Part shown: positions 39,441-52,355 of the stretch, one piece after another
Numbering within the stretch: the stretch's first letter is position 1
How the letters are laid out: every line of letters begins with the position of its first letter
Assembly (NCBI GenBank): GCA_951406725.2
Contig: OX597822.1
Location: forward strand, 2,604,001-2,668,000
DNA from: Octopus vulgaris
Lineage: Eukaryota
Reading direction: 5' to 3'
Length of the DNA: 64,000 nucleotides
Position numbers and translations under genes: made by a program
Notes under the pieces: model-generated
The model's input: only the letters and a program-made list of their open reading frames with translations
Told to the model about the DNA's origin: nothing
The model's database searches: none

Positions 39441-39512
39441 ATGCATGCATTCATTCATACACACACACATACACACGCACACACACATACACACACATAC
39501 ACGCATATGTAA

Positions 39513-39547
<35 letters not shown>

Positions 39548-39608
39548 CATCCATGCATATATATGTATATATGTATGTAATTGTATATATACCTATATGT
39601 GAGTATGC

Positions 39609-39701
<93 letters not shown>

Positions 39702-39871
39702 CAACACTGAAATATTATCACTTCAGTAGATTCCTCGCTCTTGAGGGTACACAGAAAGTACTTATGACGGAAATAGTCTGGATTCACCGGTGCTCTGCGT
39801 AGATACGTCTTCTGCGTTTGATAATTTTAAAGAATTGCTATTGAAAACGAAAAACATAAAAATAGTAACTA

Positions 39872-40393
39872 CCGTAAATCCTCGAGTATAATCCGCATCT
39901 TTTCCCCAAAATTTAAAGGTCAAAATCCCTAGTGAGTACTATATACGAGGCTAAAAATGAATAATATTTTCTAAGCAATGTCCGAGTCTCTATTTGCTGT
40001 CCGGCAATGGTTATTCAGACGCATTTTGTGATGTTGGGCGCGTTAATACCTTAAGCTAAGCCTGAAAGCAATGAAGTCATAAAATAATCGTCCATAACTT
40101 GCAGTAAGCAACATTTATTAAAATAAAAGTATTCAGAACACAAAATAACATGTAACAAAAACAATTTGCAAACATATTTACATTCCTATTTAACAGTTAA
40201 GAACATCACTATTATTGTATTACGCTTGCGCGGAAGTGCTTGTTCCACAAGGTGCTGCTGGCTTAATTAAGCACCACTTAAGTTAGAGAAGGGTTGCGTA
40301 TTATACACAAGGTCTAGGTTTTTCGGAGGTACAGCCCCCTAAAAATCCCCTGCGTATTATACTCAAGGGCGGACTATATTCGAGGATTTACGG
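39872..40393. mobile_element. pogo/Tc2-type MITE
   Basis: TIRs CCGTAAATCCTCGAGTATAATCCGC / GCGGACTATATTCGAGGATTTACGG with a TA TSD on both sides. Confidence 0.85.
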
Positions 40394-42115
40394 TATGTCT
40401 ATGACATTTAATCTCTATATTGACAGCTGTGATATTTTGTCTTAGAGAAACTTCTGAATGAGACGTCCTTCGGTAAAAATATGGAGCTCAGATAGAATGT
40501 CTTTTGCGGATTGTCAACACCTGTGTTTCCATCTGGTTTTATCGCGTCAATCACGAAGAAATCCGGATATTCTGAGCAATGAAAATATCCACTGATTTGT
40601 ACTAAAGCTGGTTTGGCTAGAATGATATCAATACACACACATGGAATAGCATTTGATTATAAGAACGATATATACAATACACACACACGCACACACACAT
40701 ACACAGACACACGCCCATACACACATATATACACACAAACAAATGCACATCGGCGAGAGCTGCAATATTTTGGTCAAATTACCTTCGCCGACTCGTCAGA
40801 CATGGCTGTTACGACAGAGTATGTTTGAAGTCTTGTTTTCGTCTTGGTTAATGGTTTGCACTGCTATCCGCTTAGATTCCCTTAGGTGATGTTACAACTA
40901 TTTTCCGTCTACTTACACACACACACACACACACACGAGCGTGTGTGTGAGTATCTCTGTGCATGTATATGTTTACATATATGCATACATACATACATAT
41001 ATATATATGTGTGTGTGTGTGCCTGTATATATATGTATGTATACACACACCTATCTAAATATAAAATGATTATATGTATTATTATATATGTGTGAGTGTG
41101 TGTGTATGTGTGTGAGTGTGTGTGAGTGGCGTGTGATTGTAAGGGCGTGTGTGTGTGTGTATGTGTGTGAGTGTGTGTGAGTGGCGTGTGATTGTAAGGG
41201 CGTGTGTGTGTGTGTGTGTTCGTGCATATCATACATAGCTCATAGCTGCCAATATCTTCCTCTCACTGAACTGGGATGAATTGCAAAGGCCGTGGAGACT
41301 GTTACTCCTTCCATTAGCTAACAACAACAACAACAACAACACAGATAACAGCAAAGTGGTTGTCACTAACATGATGTCAGTAATTTTTGTAAAAACCCAT
41401 AAACCATATATACACACATATATATATACATATATTTATATATTTGCTTCGATGCTGAGCTATCAATGGGTCGTATCTTATTGGCCCCAGTATTATGACG
41501 CCAGTGGGATTACAGCTAAACAAAAAAAAAAACAAAAAAAATAACAACAGAAAAATTTGAAAAAAACAGACAAAAAGAATATTTCCAGCGAAGTAGATCA
41601 GATTAATGATAAGAAAGCCATTCAGACTGTTTACTCTGAACCCCCCACCCCCGCCGCACCAGCCACTCACCATACTTCATCTATCGAAGTCTTTATAATG
41701 CATAACTTCTAAAAAAACAAAAAAACAACAAAAAAAAGCATCTTAGACGCATTGCTTTTTAAGTAGCTGCAATAACAACGCTTAGTATGTTAGCTACTAA
41801 TAGCGTTTATTGTTTAACTCTTTCACAACAACATGACAATATGGACGAAGACTACTAGTTGTTGTTGTTGTTATTTTGTTTTTTCTCAAAGCCGTTTAAA
41901 AGATTCAGATATTCGTGAATACCTGTGGTGTGTTCTAAATGACCCGAAAGATACTCACCCTTATTATTAAATGTCGTCTGCTCGTTGAATTATTAAATTT
42001 GCGAAACAAAAAAAGTGTCATTTGGACAAGAAATGGTTTTGTTCTGTCTTTATTCAAGATTCACCGATGACTGATAGAGAATTGTCCTAAGTCTGTAAAA
42101 TCACTTTCTCCTCCC

Positions 42116-42167
<52 letters not shown>

Positions 42168-42205
42168 ATTCTCTCTCTATCTGTCTCTATCTCTAGTTTG
42201 CTCCA

Positions 42206-42240
<35 letters not shown>

Positions 42241-42473
42241 TTGTGACTGTGTAAAAGCGTATAAGTTTGAATATATGCATATATGAGTATAGATATACAT
42301 GTTATACATGCATACGTATATCGATACATACATGTGTATAAATATATACGCATGAATATATATAATATATAGTAGAGAGAGAGAGAGAGAGAGAAGGAGA
42401 GAGAAATACCCAGATGCACATAGATGCATTTTGAATTTATATTATACATTCACACAGACACACACAAAGACAC

Positions 42474-42783
42474 ACCGTGATCACCGTGACCGACCAGGCT
42501 ATCAGATGTTGCTACACATCGCTGGTCACAATGCGCTTCGCATTGTTTTAGCCTTCAAATGACGCCACCCCGCTGGCTAAACGAGCAGGCTAACAGAAGA
42601 AAGAGTGAGAGAAAGTTGTGGCGAAATAGTACAGCAGGGATCGCCACCACCAACCTGCCGGAGACTCGTGGAGCTTTAGGTGTTTTCGCACAATAAACAC
42701 TCACAACGCCCGGTCTGCTTATCGAAACCGCGAGTCTATGACCACGAGTCCGCTGCGCTAACCATTGGGCTACTGCGCCTCCA
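42474..42783 (-). mobile_element. SINE family C with a third tail type
   Basis: Head and body match 44571. The tail ends ...GCCTGGTCGGTCACGGTGATCACGGTG. Confidence 0.8.
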
Positions 42784-43174
42784 GACACACTCAAACACTT
42801 ATATATAGAGGTTTTTTTCGTCTTAAGAATTCGTAGACTTTCGAGTGATCATGCAATAATTCTGTTTTGGAACAGTAGATATCGATGCACATTAAGCTAT
42901 AAATCAAAAGGACCAATTGTTTTTCTCAAGTCATAGGGTCACAAGGCCAGTTCTGGATTCTGTCGCATACATATTCTCGCCCTCTCACTCCGGATGGGAC
43001 ACTGGTCCGTCGCAGAAATACTTTATTTTTGCCATCTGAGTGAATTGAGCTATGTGAAATGAAATGATTTGCTCGTGAACACAGCACATCGCTTATTTTA
43101 GAAATCGAAACCACATTCTGACGACCATGAATGCCACATCCCAACCGCTTAAAAAGCTACGAATAATAGCATGT

Positions 43175-43617
43175 AAATATTTTGGCCCAAGGTCATCAAT
43201 CTTAGGGGAGGTTTCAATCGATTATATTGATCGCAGTCGAGGCGGCGAGCTGGCAGAAACGTTAGCGCGCCGGGCGAAATGCTCAGCGGTATTTCGTCTG
43301 TCGTTACGTTCTGAGCTCAAATTCCACCGAGGTCGACTTTGACTGTCATCTTCTCGGTGTCGATAAATAAAGTACCAGTTTCGCACTGGGTCGATATAAT
43401 CGACTTAATCCGTTTGCCTGTCCTTGTTTGTCCCCTCTATGTTTTGCCTGTCCTTGTTTGTCCCCTCTATATATTGATCCCTGTGTTCAACTAGAACTTA
43501 TTTTATCGACTTCAAAAAACGAAAAGCAAAGTCGACTTCGGTGGTATTTGAACTTAGACAGACGAAATGCCGGTAAACCTTTTGTCCAGGCCGTTAAAGA
43601 TTCTGCCAATCACCGCC
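43175..43617. mobile_element. SINE B (+, 43241-43470) nested in an older SINE B (-)
   Basis: The minus-strand tail (43175-43237) and head (43485-43617) flank a plus-strand copy. TATATTGATC is repeated near both junctions. Confidence 0.7.
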
Positions 43618-44570
43618 TAATATTTTAATATTGGGTCGAAAAACCCAAAATTTATGGGTAGAGATTGTCTAAGGCTGGCAATGGGACATAAACCTGCATT
43701 TCCTGCAGACGTAAGAGAATTTCAAACATTGGATTTACCCTCTATTTTTTTATCCGAAAGATATTTTTTAACGCAATATTTACATGATTTATTTGCTTCG
43801 AGATCCACTATTCTAAAGCAAAAGCTAATTCTTTTTTTCTTTCTTTAACGAACAGAGCTCAATCGTATTTTGTTTGCCATCGGGGAGGGGTGGGGGATTT
43901 ATTCTGGTGCCACAACTGTTTGCTTTTTAGTAGCAGCGTAAAATTGTGAGTATTTAAAAAGCTGTTCTTACATTTCTAGCTATTATGCCATAAAGAAAAG
44001 GAATAAATAAATAAAAAATCTAAAAAGTAACATGTACTGCTCTATGGATAAATTAATTGACCTACATTGTAAGTGCACATGCTGTTACGTAAATTAGACA
44101 GAGTAGTTTGACTGAGTCGTGGTTTACAGATACAACAGATATCTACGAGGTTACTAAATTTTCTGTGAACAAATTCTTTTTTCTGACAACGTCTAACAAA
44201 AGCAGAAACTTATTACATCGTTCACACATTGTCCATACTAACAAAAGTGCAATAAAATTAGAAAATGTAACCTCGTCGTTTATTTTTCATAAGGAGACAC
44301 AAAAAGATTTAAAAGAAAAAAAAGGTATGCGTGTAGGTGTGTATAAATATTCTTGAATATTTGTTCACAAGTACAATGTTTACACATAAAGAAACTACAC
44401 AATGATTTGAGAAATAGAGTAGGTTATGTTAATTTTTTGGTGACTAACTTAATAAGTAAAGTGTCTATCGATTCTTGGTGGTCACGTTTACAAGTAACTG
44501 CATTCAGTGTAAATGACGTGTGTGTGTGTGTGTGTGTAAAAGTTAAAAAGTATGTTATAAATGCACAAGT

Positions 44571-44948
44571 GGAGGCGCAATGGCCCAGTGGTTAGGGCAG
44601 CGGACTCGCGGTCGTAGGATCGCGGTTTCGATTCCCAGACTGGGCGTTTGTGAGTGTTTATTGAGCGAAAACACCTGAAGCTCCACGAGGCTCCGGTAGG
44701 GGATGGTGGCTATCCCTGCTGTACTCTTTCACCACAACTTTCTCTCACTCTTACTTCCTGTTTCTGTTGTACCTGTATTTCAAGGGGCCGGCCTTGTCAC
44801 TCTCTGTGTCACGCTGAATATCACCGAGAACTACGTTAAGGGTACACGTGTCTGTGGAGTGCTCAGCCACTTACACGTTAATTTCACGAGCAGGCTGTTC
44901 CGTTGATCGGATCAACTGGAACCCTCATCGTCGTAACCGACGGAGTGC
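44571..44948 (+). mobile_element. SINE family C with a fourth tail type
   Basis: A-box TGGCCCAGTGG, B-box-like GGTTTCGATTCCC and a tail shared with 12634-12816. Confidence 0.8.
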
Positions 44949-45049
44949 ACGAGCACAAATATAGGTCACTAAATATCGCCAGTTATCGGACAGAGGGTCA
45001 AACGCAATGTTGCGCGTGTATGTGTGTATACTTACATATACATATACAG

Positions 45050-45460
45050 ACGTGGTTATATCGTAAGAAATTTGCTTCCCAACCACATGGCTTTGAGGTC
45101 AGTCCCACTGCGTGGCACTATGGTCAAATCTCGTCTACTACAGCCTCGGGATGACCAAAGCCATGTGAGTGGATTTGGTAGAAACTGAAACGGAAACTGA
45201 AAGAAACCTGTCGAATATATACATAGATTAATATATACATGTGTGTGTGTGGGGGGGGGGTTTGCCCGCCAATGCTGCTTGACAACCGGTGTTGGGTTGT
45301 TTACATCCTCGGAACTTAGCGGCTGGGCAAATAGACCGATGGAATAAGTACCAAACTTAAAAAGAAAATAAGTAATGGGGTTGATTAGATCGACAAGAAA
45401 TAGCTCCTTAAAGCAGTGCCCCAGTATGGCCACAGTCTAATGACTGAAAAAAATAAAAAA
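45050..45460 (+). mobile_element. SINE family A, older divergent copy
   Basis: CAACCACATGG..TCAGTCCCACTGCGTGGCA...GGAAACTGAAAGAA...ATGGCCACAGTCTAATGACTGAAA. Confidence 0.75.
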
Positions 45461-45474
45461 ATAAATGTCGTTAT

Positions 45475-47359
45475 GTGCAACGACATTTTCGCCGATATGA
45501 GCGACGAGAAGAAAGTAAAAGGACTCGGGGGCAGTTTCTGAAGGATCCGTACGGGGTTACTAAGAAGCTGTTCAATGAACCGAAGAGTGGCACTTTATCG
45601 TACACGAAAGAAGAATTGGACACTCATATCAAAGAAGCCTACAGCGATCCGTATCGTAACCAGCCAATGCCACCTCTAAATGGATGAAAGCATCTCTTAG
45701 AACCTGATATCGAATTTCAAATTGGGGACATCAGGGAGAAATAGGTGACTGATTTTGTGAGACAAGCTAGAGTAAAGAGTGTCCCAGTGGTTATTAGCGT
45801 CTCATATAAACTATATAGATATTGCAAAAGAAGCTCTTTGTCCTACTACGACAGCAGTGGCGCGAAGGGACTCTAGTAGAGGATTGGTGTAAGGCAGAAG
45901 GCAGATACATGCCGAAGGAGGCCAATGCAGAGACTATAAAACAGTTTAGGCCGATATCCTTATTGAATGTTGCAAGCAAGATTTTTATGGGAATTCTGTC
46001 GACGAAAACAGTGACATATTTACAGAGTAATGGATATGTTGCTGAATCTGTTCAAAAGACCGGAATTCCTGGGATCCCTGGATGCTTTGAAGACTGTTTA
46101 TCGATTCGGAAAGCAATCCAGGATGCCAAACAGAACAAGAGAAGTCTGAAGGTGGTATGACTTGACCTAGCTAATGCATATGGCTCAGTGCCACACGAAT
46201 TACTGATGAGAGCCATGGACCACTTCTACATTCCAGACAAAGTAACCAAAATAATGAGGATATATTACGACAGTTTCGAAATTAGGTTTACAACTGGAGA
46301 TCTTACAACAGATTGGCACCGATTGGAGATTGGCATTGCTGCTGGCTGCACGATATCTGTCACGTGGTTTATCTTAGTCATGGAGACGATTTTGAAAGCC
46401 GTGGATTTTTCGGAACAAATCGCCAAAGTACAATCGCCTAAGAAAGCCTTCATGGATGATATGACACTTCTATCAAAAGACAAGTAAATTATGCAGAGTG
46501 ACCCCTTGAGACTAGACGAGCTTGTGAGGTGGCCAAGGATGCAGTTTAGAGCAAAAAGTTCCCATAGTCTGACATTTGTTTAGGAAGTGCAGAAAGAAGT
46601 TAAGTATTGAATAGCTGAAGAAATCATTGCAACATTGAAAGAAGAACCCGTCAAGAGCTTGAGGCGAGTATACGCTGGAACATTGTCACATAGGAGTTGC
46701 GGAATGGAAATTATGAAACAAGCCGACGTTGGATTATCAGCAATTGATGACTCAAAATTGCCAGGTAAATATACAATTTGGTGCTTACAGTTCGGCCACT
46801 TTTAATATACGAGGTAGCATTGTCACGAGTTCAAATCATTGAACAAAAATGTAATGTGTTCATTAGAAAGTGGCTAGGCCTACCTCGTATGTTGAACAGT
46901 TCACCTCTTTATAGTAAAAAACGCTCGTTGCACTTACCACTGGCGTCAATATTCGAAAAATATAAAGAGAAGAACGTGATGCTGAGAGAGTCGAAGGACA
47001 TGGAAATCAGGGGTAATCTACCAGATGTGAAAACAGCCAGGAAGTAGAAAGCAGAAGCAGAGACTGATGACATGCTGCCTTCTCTTACATACCGAGACAT
47101 GGTGGGTGCATCGTAAATCCATCGGATGGGATTTGGTTTTGGCGCAGATCGGTTCAGACCATTTGCAGGTATGATGCGGAGCGAATGTAGATCTGTTGTT
47201 AGCAACAGCGTCAAAGCGAAGAAAGCAGAGAGAAGAGAGCTTCATTTGATCCAATACATTCAACAAGGACAGATGACAAGATTGGAGGAACATGCTGTTG
47301 AGAGGAAAATAAGTTGGGATGAAATCTGGAGGTGGACCACATCTCGGTTAGTTTTCTGA
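45475..47359 (+). pseudogene. HERO/NeSL-like (RLE-group) non-LTR retrotransposon RT remnant
   Basis: FLKDPYGVTKKLF, FRPISLLNVASKIF, LDLANAYGSVPH, GIAAGCTISVTWF, KAFMDDMTLL and IRKWLGLP motifs, with multiple stops and frameshifts. Confidence 0.88.
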
Positions 47360-47786
47360 TTTGTCTATTCTATAATGTTTTGTTATCACCGGCATTTTTA
47401 TAAATATATAAAAATACAAAATGAGACAAGAACGCAAAACATTCAAATAGACGATACAAAAAGCCTGGACGGGTCATTCGAAGCCTCTAATCTTCAGTCA
47501 AGAACAAGATCATCCTCGCATTTTCGGCTGATTAATCTTGAAATTGCTCCGATCTACCCAGCTCCAAGGAAAAACTAAGCTACGAGCATTAGATTTCTTG
47601 GAAAAAGGATCGAATGTATACGAAAGAAGGACAGAAAAACGGACGATGTTACACGAATATAAATACAAAAACAATAATGATAATAATAATAATAACAGGA
47701 CATAACAACAGGCGTCTTTCGACTTAGACGAATTGAACTCAGCTGGCGTATTTGAAAAATAATGCCTTACGGCAGACGAAGAAAGC

Positions 47787-47818
<32 letters not shown>

Positions 47819-48367
47819 CCGGTATTGCCAATGAGCATGCGCTGCATAAATTTTTTTTCCACTTCTTTGACAGAAGGAAAACCTACTACCGTTTACTCCG
47901 GGATTTTTCTTTTAAGATAAATGCAAATCTTCGCAGGTATCGTGAGAATTGTACTAAAATTCTAATCATCACTTCGTGAATACTTACCTTGCTGCTGCTT
48001 CTTAATATGCTTCAATCTCTGCTTGTTTACCTTTGTTTCCGCTCGTCTCCTACCTTTTGCGTTTTTCTTCAACACTTCTTTATTTTTCTTACTTAATCAA
48101 AATTATAAATAGTAATCCTCCATTTTTTTTCTGTTTTACTGATGAATAGAAATGTCATTTATCTATGATACTTCTTACTCATCACAAAATTTGTCAAGAA
48201 ACAAATCGTGACGCCGTTTAAATAATCCCGGTGCCATTAATGCTAATGGAACCGTCAAATTCTTTCATATAATTTCTCCAGATTAATTAACTCTCATAAT
48301 TTACGAAGAAATAAGAATAACATATATGCATGCAAGCATACACGCACATACACACACACGCACGCAC

Positions 48368-48400
<33 letters not shown>

Positions 48401-48516
48401 CACACACTCATATACATACACACACACATATATATATATAGACATACATATACATACGTCTATATATATGTGTGTGTGTACAAATATAAGTGTGTGTATG
48501 TATACACATATATACA

Positions 48517-48599
48517 TATTATTATTATTATTATTGTTGTTGTTGTTGCTGTTATTATTATTACTATTGTTGTTGCTGTTATTATTATTATCATTATTA

Positions 48600-48634
<35 letters not shown>

Positions 48635-48662
48635 GCTGTTATTATTATTGTTATCATTATTA

Positions 48663-48693
<31 letters not shown>

Positions 48694-48824
48694 CATTATT
48701 ATTATTATTATTGTTGTTGTTGTTATTATTATTATTGCTGTTATTATTATTGTTATTATTATTATTATTGCTGTTATTATTATTATTGTTATTATTGTTA
48801 TTATTATTATTATTGTTATTATTA

Positions 48825-48869
<45 letters not shown>
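48517..48869. repeat. (ATT)/(GTT)n microsatellite
   Basis: Direct reading. Confidence 0.95.
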
Positions 48870-49342
48870 GTCTTTCTACGAGTTTTTTTTTCTCTCAGTC
48901 AATCAATAGCAACGAGGCGAACGTGTTGAGCTGACAGAAATGTTTCGACGCCGGATTAATCTTTCTTATAAAATTTTATTTCACCATTGTTTCAGCATTT
49001 GTGTATTAGAATCACGTTTCAGGTGCTCTTTGCTTTTCCTGTCTGCATTAACAATAAAACATAAAGAAGTCACACACGATGAGAACGAAATGAAGATGTT
49101 AGACAACCGACGTCCATTGGTACTACAGCATGCGATGTACCGTGACTGTTTTTTAGTGTAACACAAGCAGAGTAACTTGTATGAATACACAGTTGGATAA
49201 CGTAATAAAAAATGACAGAAATACCGTAGTATTAAATTTATGAATGATGATCGTAAAAATAAACCAACAATTATTTGACTGATATTTTATTTTGTCGACA
49301 ATGGTTGGATGGAAGGCACAGTCGAACTCAGCGTGATATGAA

Positions 49343-49408
<66 letters not shown>

Positions 49409-49682
49409 ATATCAAAGGGAAATGGAATTTAATTACAATTAAAAACATTCAATTTTACTGCTGAAGAGAATCAAACCTTGTGATTTCCCCATGACTCGCT
49501 AAAAGATTATTAGACACCAATTGGTCCAGGAAACTGGATGGTAAATGTTTTTCATTTCCAAATTTATTCCTGTCGAATTTTATCCCGAATTCTTTTTTGT
49601 GGTCGTAGAACTTAGCTGTTCTTTCTAATGCGTTAGGATCCCTATAAGTGGATTCTCTATGTGTTTAAATATACACTATATC

Positions 49683-50180
49683 GTTCGAAGGTTGTAAAGG
49701 ACGCAGGTTCGTGTGTCATATAGCTAGCTAGAGGCGATGGCCTCTTGGAGCTAATCAGCGACAGCTTTAGTCTTATATTTATGGACTGCCATATTAGTTT
49801 GGCGATAACTATTAATATCCAGTAACGCTGCCGTAATCTCCTTTAGAGAGACTTAGTAATTTTAATATTTCTATTATTGAAAACAAGTGGATGTATTCCA
49901 CTGTAACTGGGTAAATAAAATCTTCGAACAGACGGTCGGTAGCGACACCTGCTGGGTCTGACTACGCTGCATTGATAAAAGGCAACAACCCTGAAACATG
50001 TCTGCAGATGTCTGACCAGCAAGGTGAAGCGGCTGACCTCCCCTGTTCGAAGGTTGTAATGGACGCAGGTTCGTGTGTCATATAGCTAGCTAGAGGCGAT
50101 GGCCTCTTGGAGCTAATCAGCGACAGCTTTAGTCTTATATTTATGGACTGCCATATTAGTTTGGCGATAACTATTAATAT
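49683..50180 (+). mobile_element. retrozyme-like element: 1.4 tandem copies of a 362-bp unit containing a hammerhead
   Basis: 49683-49818 is repeated almost identically at 50045-50180. The hammerhead lies at 49967-50007. Confidence 0.7.
49967..50007 (+). ncRNA. type I hammerhead ribozyme, U3-A8 core variant, predicted GUC cleavage after 50002
   Basis: CTGCA-TTGATAA-AAGGCAACAACCCT-GAAA-CATG-TC-TGCAG. Stem I is perfect and stem III is the palindrome ACATGT. Confidence 0.7.
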
Positions 50181-50540
50181 ATATATATTCATATGACGTC
50201 AACCAGTATGTGTGTGCGTGTGTTCGTGTCAATGTGTCAGTGTATCAGTGTATGTGTATGTGCGTGTAAATGTGTGTGCGTATGCGCGTGCCTGTGTATG
50301 TGTGTGTGTATGTGTGTGCGTGTGTGTGTGTGTATGTGAACATACTCTTTTGCATACATGTACTGCAAAGAGAGTGCATTTGTGGAGGACAATAGGATCA
50401 GCATTGACGGCAGAGTGAAGTATGTCTTTGTAGAGTGCCTGAGAGATAGAGACGGAATGTTACTGAAATTTCACTTTAACATTCACTTCAAGAGATTCAG
50501 ACACACCTAGACCTTCATTCCTCTGATATCATCTAATATA

Positions 50541-51141
50541 TATTTCTTTACTACCCACAAGGGGCTAAACACAGAGGGGACAAACAAGGACAGACATAGG
50601 TATCAAGTCGTTTTACATCGACCCCAGTGCGTAGCTGGTACTTAATTTATCGACCCCGAAACGATGAAAGGCAAAGTCGACCGCGGCTGAATTTGAACTC
50701 AGAACGTAACGACAGACGAAATACCTATTTCTTTACTACCCACAAGGGGCTAAACACAGAGGGGACAAACAAGGACAGACAAATGGATTAAGACGATTAC
50801 ATCGACCCCAGTGCGTAACTAGTACATAATTAATCGACCCCGAAAGGATGAAAGGCAAAGTCGACTTCGGTGGAATTTGAACTCAGAACGTAACGGCAGA
50901 CGAAATACTTATTTCTTTACTACCCACAAGGGGCTAAACACAGAGGGGACAAACAAGGACAGACATAGGTATCAAGTCGTTTTACATCGACCCCAGTGCG
51001 TAGCTGGTACTTAATTTATCGACCCCGAAAGGATGAAAGGCAAAGTCGACCTCGGCGGAATTTGAACTCAGAACGTAACTGCAGACGAAATACGGCTATG
51101 CATTTCGCCCGGCGTGCTAACCACTCTGCCAGCTCGCCGCC
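50541..51141 (-). mobile_element. SINE family B trimer with 13-bp TSD
   Basis: Unit boundaries at 50541, 50726 and 50910, with a single head. ATCATCTAATATA occurs at 50528 and 51147. Confidence 0.85.
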
Positions 51142-51555
51142 TTGGCATCATCTAATATAACAATGCATACGCATCGAATTGTTCTACTCTTTGTCCCTCT
51201 ATTAGCGAGTTGCTCTCTCATAAGAATGAAAGATATACGCACAGATAAGAAAATGCAGAGAAAGAGAGAAAGAAGGAGAGAGAGAAAAAGAAGGAGAGAG
51301 AGAGAAAGAGAGAGAGAAAGAGAGTGTGTGTAGAGATTACCGCCTGCATAGCGTTAAATACGTAAAGAGAGCACAGATAACTGTCTGAGTGGTGGAGTGT
51401 GTGTATGTATGCGTGTGTGTGTGTATTTGTGTAGTTGTGTGTGTATGTTATTTAGCACTAATCAGACAGCCATCTCTCCTCTTATTTATTTATTTAATTC
51501 TTAGCAGGCGGTTATCTCATCTCCGTCTACTCTGTTTGCTTTCATTGTTCCCTTA

Positions 51556-51615
<60 letters not shown>

Positions 51616-51756
51616 GTATAAGAACAAGTTAATAGACAAAGTGCAAGACAAATCGATTTATTAAGGCTGCTAGTTTTATACCGATTTGTTCTATCTATAA
51701 CTAACTTAACGATTACTTATACTGATTAGCACAGTACCACAAATATTTACGTCGAT

Positions 51757-52355
51757 GAGAGGTTTCTAACCATCCGGCCGGACCAGCCCCAGGCCAGACC
51801 AGTACCGGGCCAGACCAGTACAGGACTTTGGATCATTTGTCACTGGGCTAACTCGGAAAGAATAAATTTTAAAATTTTATTCATACTATATTGACTATCT
51901 CAGTCTACAGGGTGTTTTGCATTATATGTGTATTATACATGTAATAGTTAGATTATATATGTAATAGTTATAATAACAGCATCGGCGCCAAGCAGTGATT
52001 AGAAATAGAACAATCTTTAGGTTGGTTAAAATATGTTTGTGACATATGTTAACTTCTAAAGGTAAATTCACTTCAGTTACCGCGAAGAAAAAATTCTTTC
52101 TTAGGGGGAGAAAAAAAGGTGCAGAAACCCCATATCTGCTCAGTGCTTCCCCCTAGCGGATTCCTTGATGCGCGTTTCTGGCTCTTTAGCCTACTTCAGT
52201 GGGAAATACTGGGAAGACATAACTCTGGGCAGATTCATAATTAAGTTATACATTATGTGTTTTGTTATGTTCTGTGATGAACAAGATTCTCCGGTCCGTA
52301 GAAAAATTCTCTTTCCTTAAACCGATCCTTTGTGCAAAATAGACAGAGGCCGTTG
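51757..52355 (+). mobile_element. hAT/Charlie-like non-autonomous element, degenerate
   Basis: The 3' end CCGGTCCGTAGAAAAATTCTCTTTCCTTAAACCGATCCTTTGTGCAAAA resembles MER1/Charlie3-type termini. The 5' end carries GACCAGTACCGG repeats. Confidence 0.5.

Noticed and set aside
47400-47775. Hammerhead candidate (minus-strand CGAAA … CTGAAGA)
   Set aside because: The stems could not be paired in type I, II or III topology. Probably a repeat fragment of uncertain class.
47980-48085. Possible minus-strand exon (EVLKKNAKGRRRAETKVNKQRLKHIKKQQQ) ending in the donor AG|GTAAGTAT; + strand ATACTTACCT resembles the U1 5' end
   Set aside because: There is no convincing acceptor or recognisable protein, and the U1 match is only 10 nt. 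RNA-seq would be needed.
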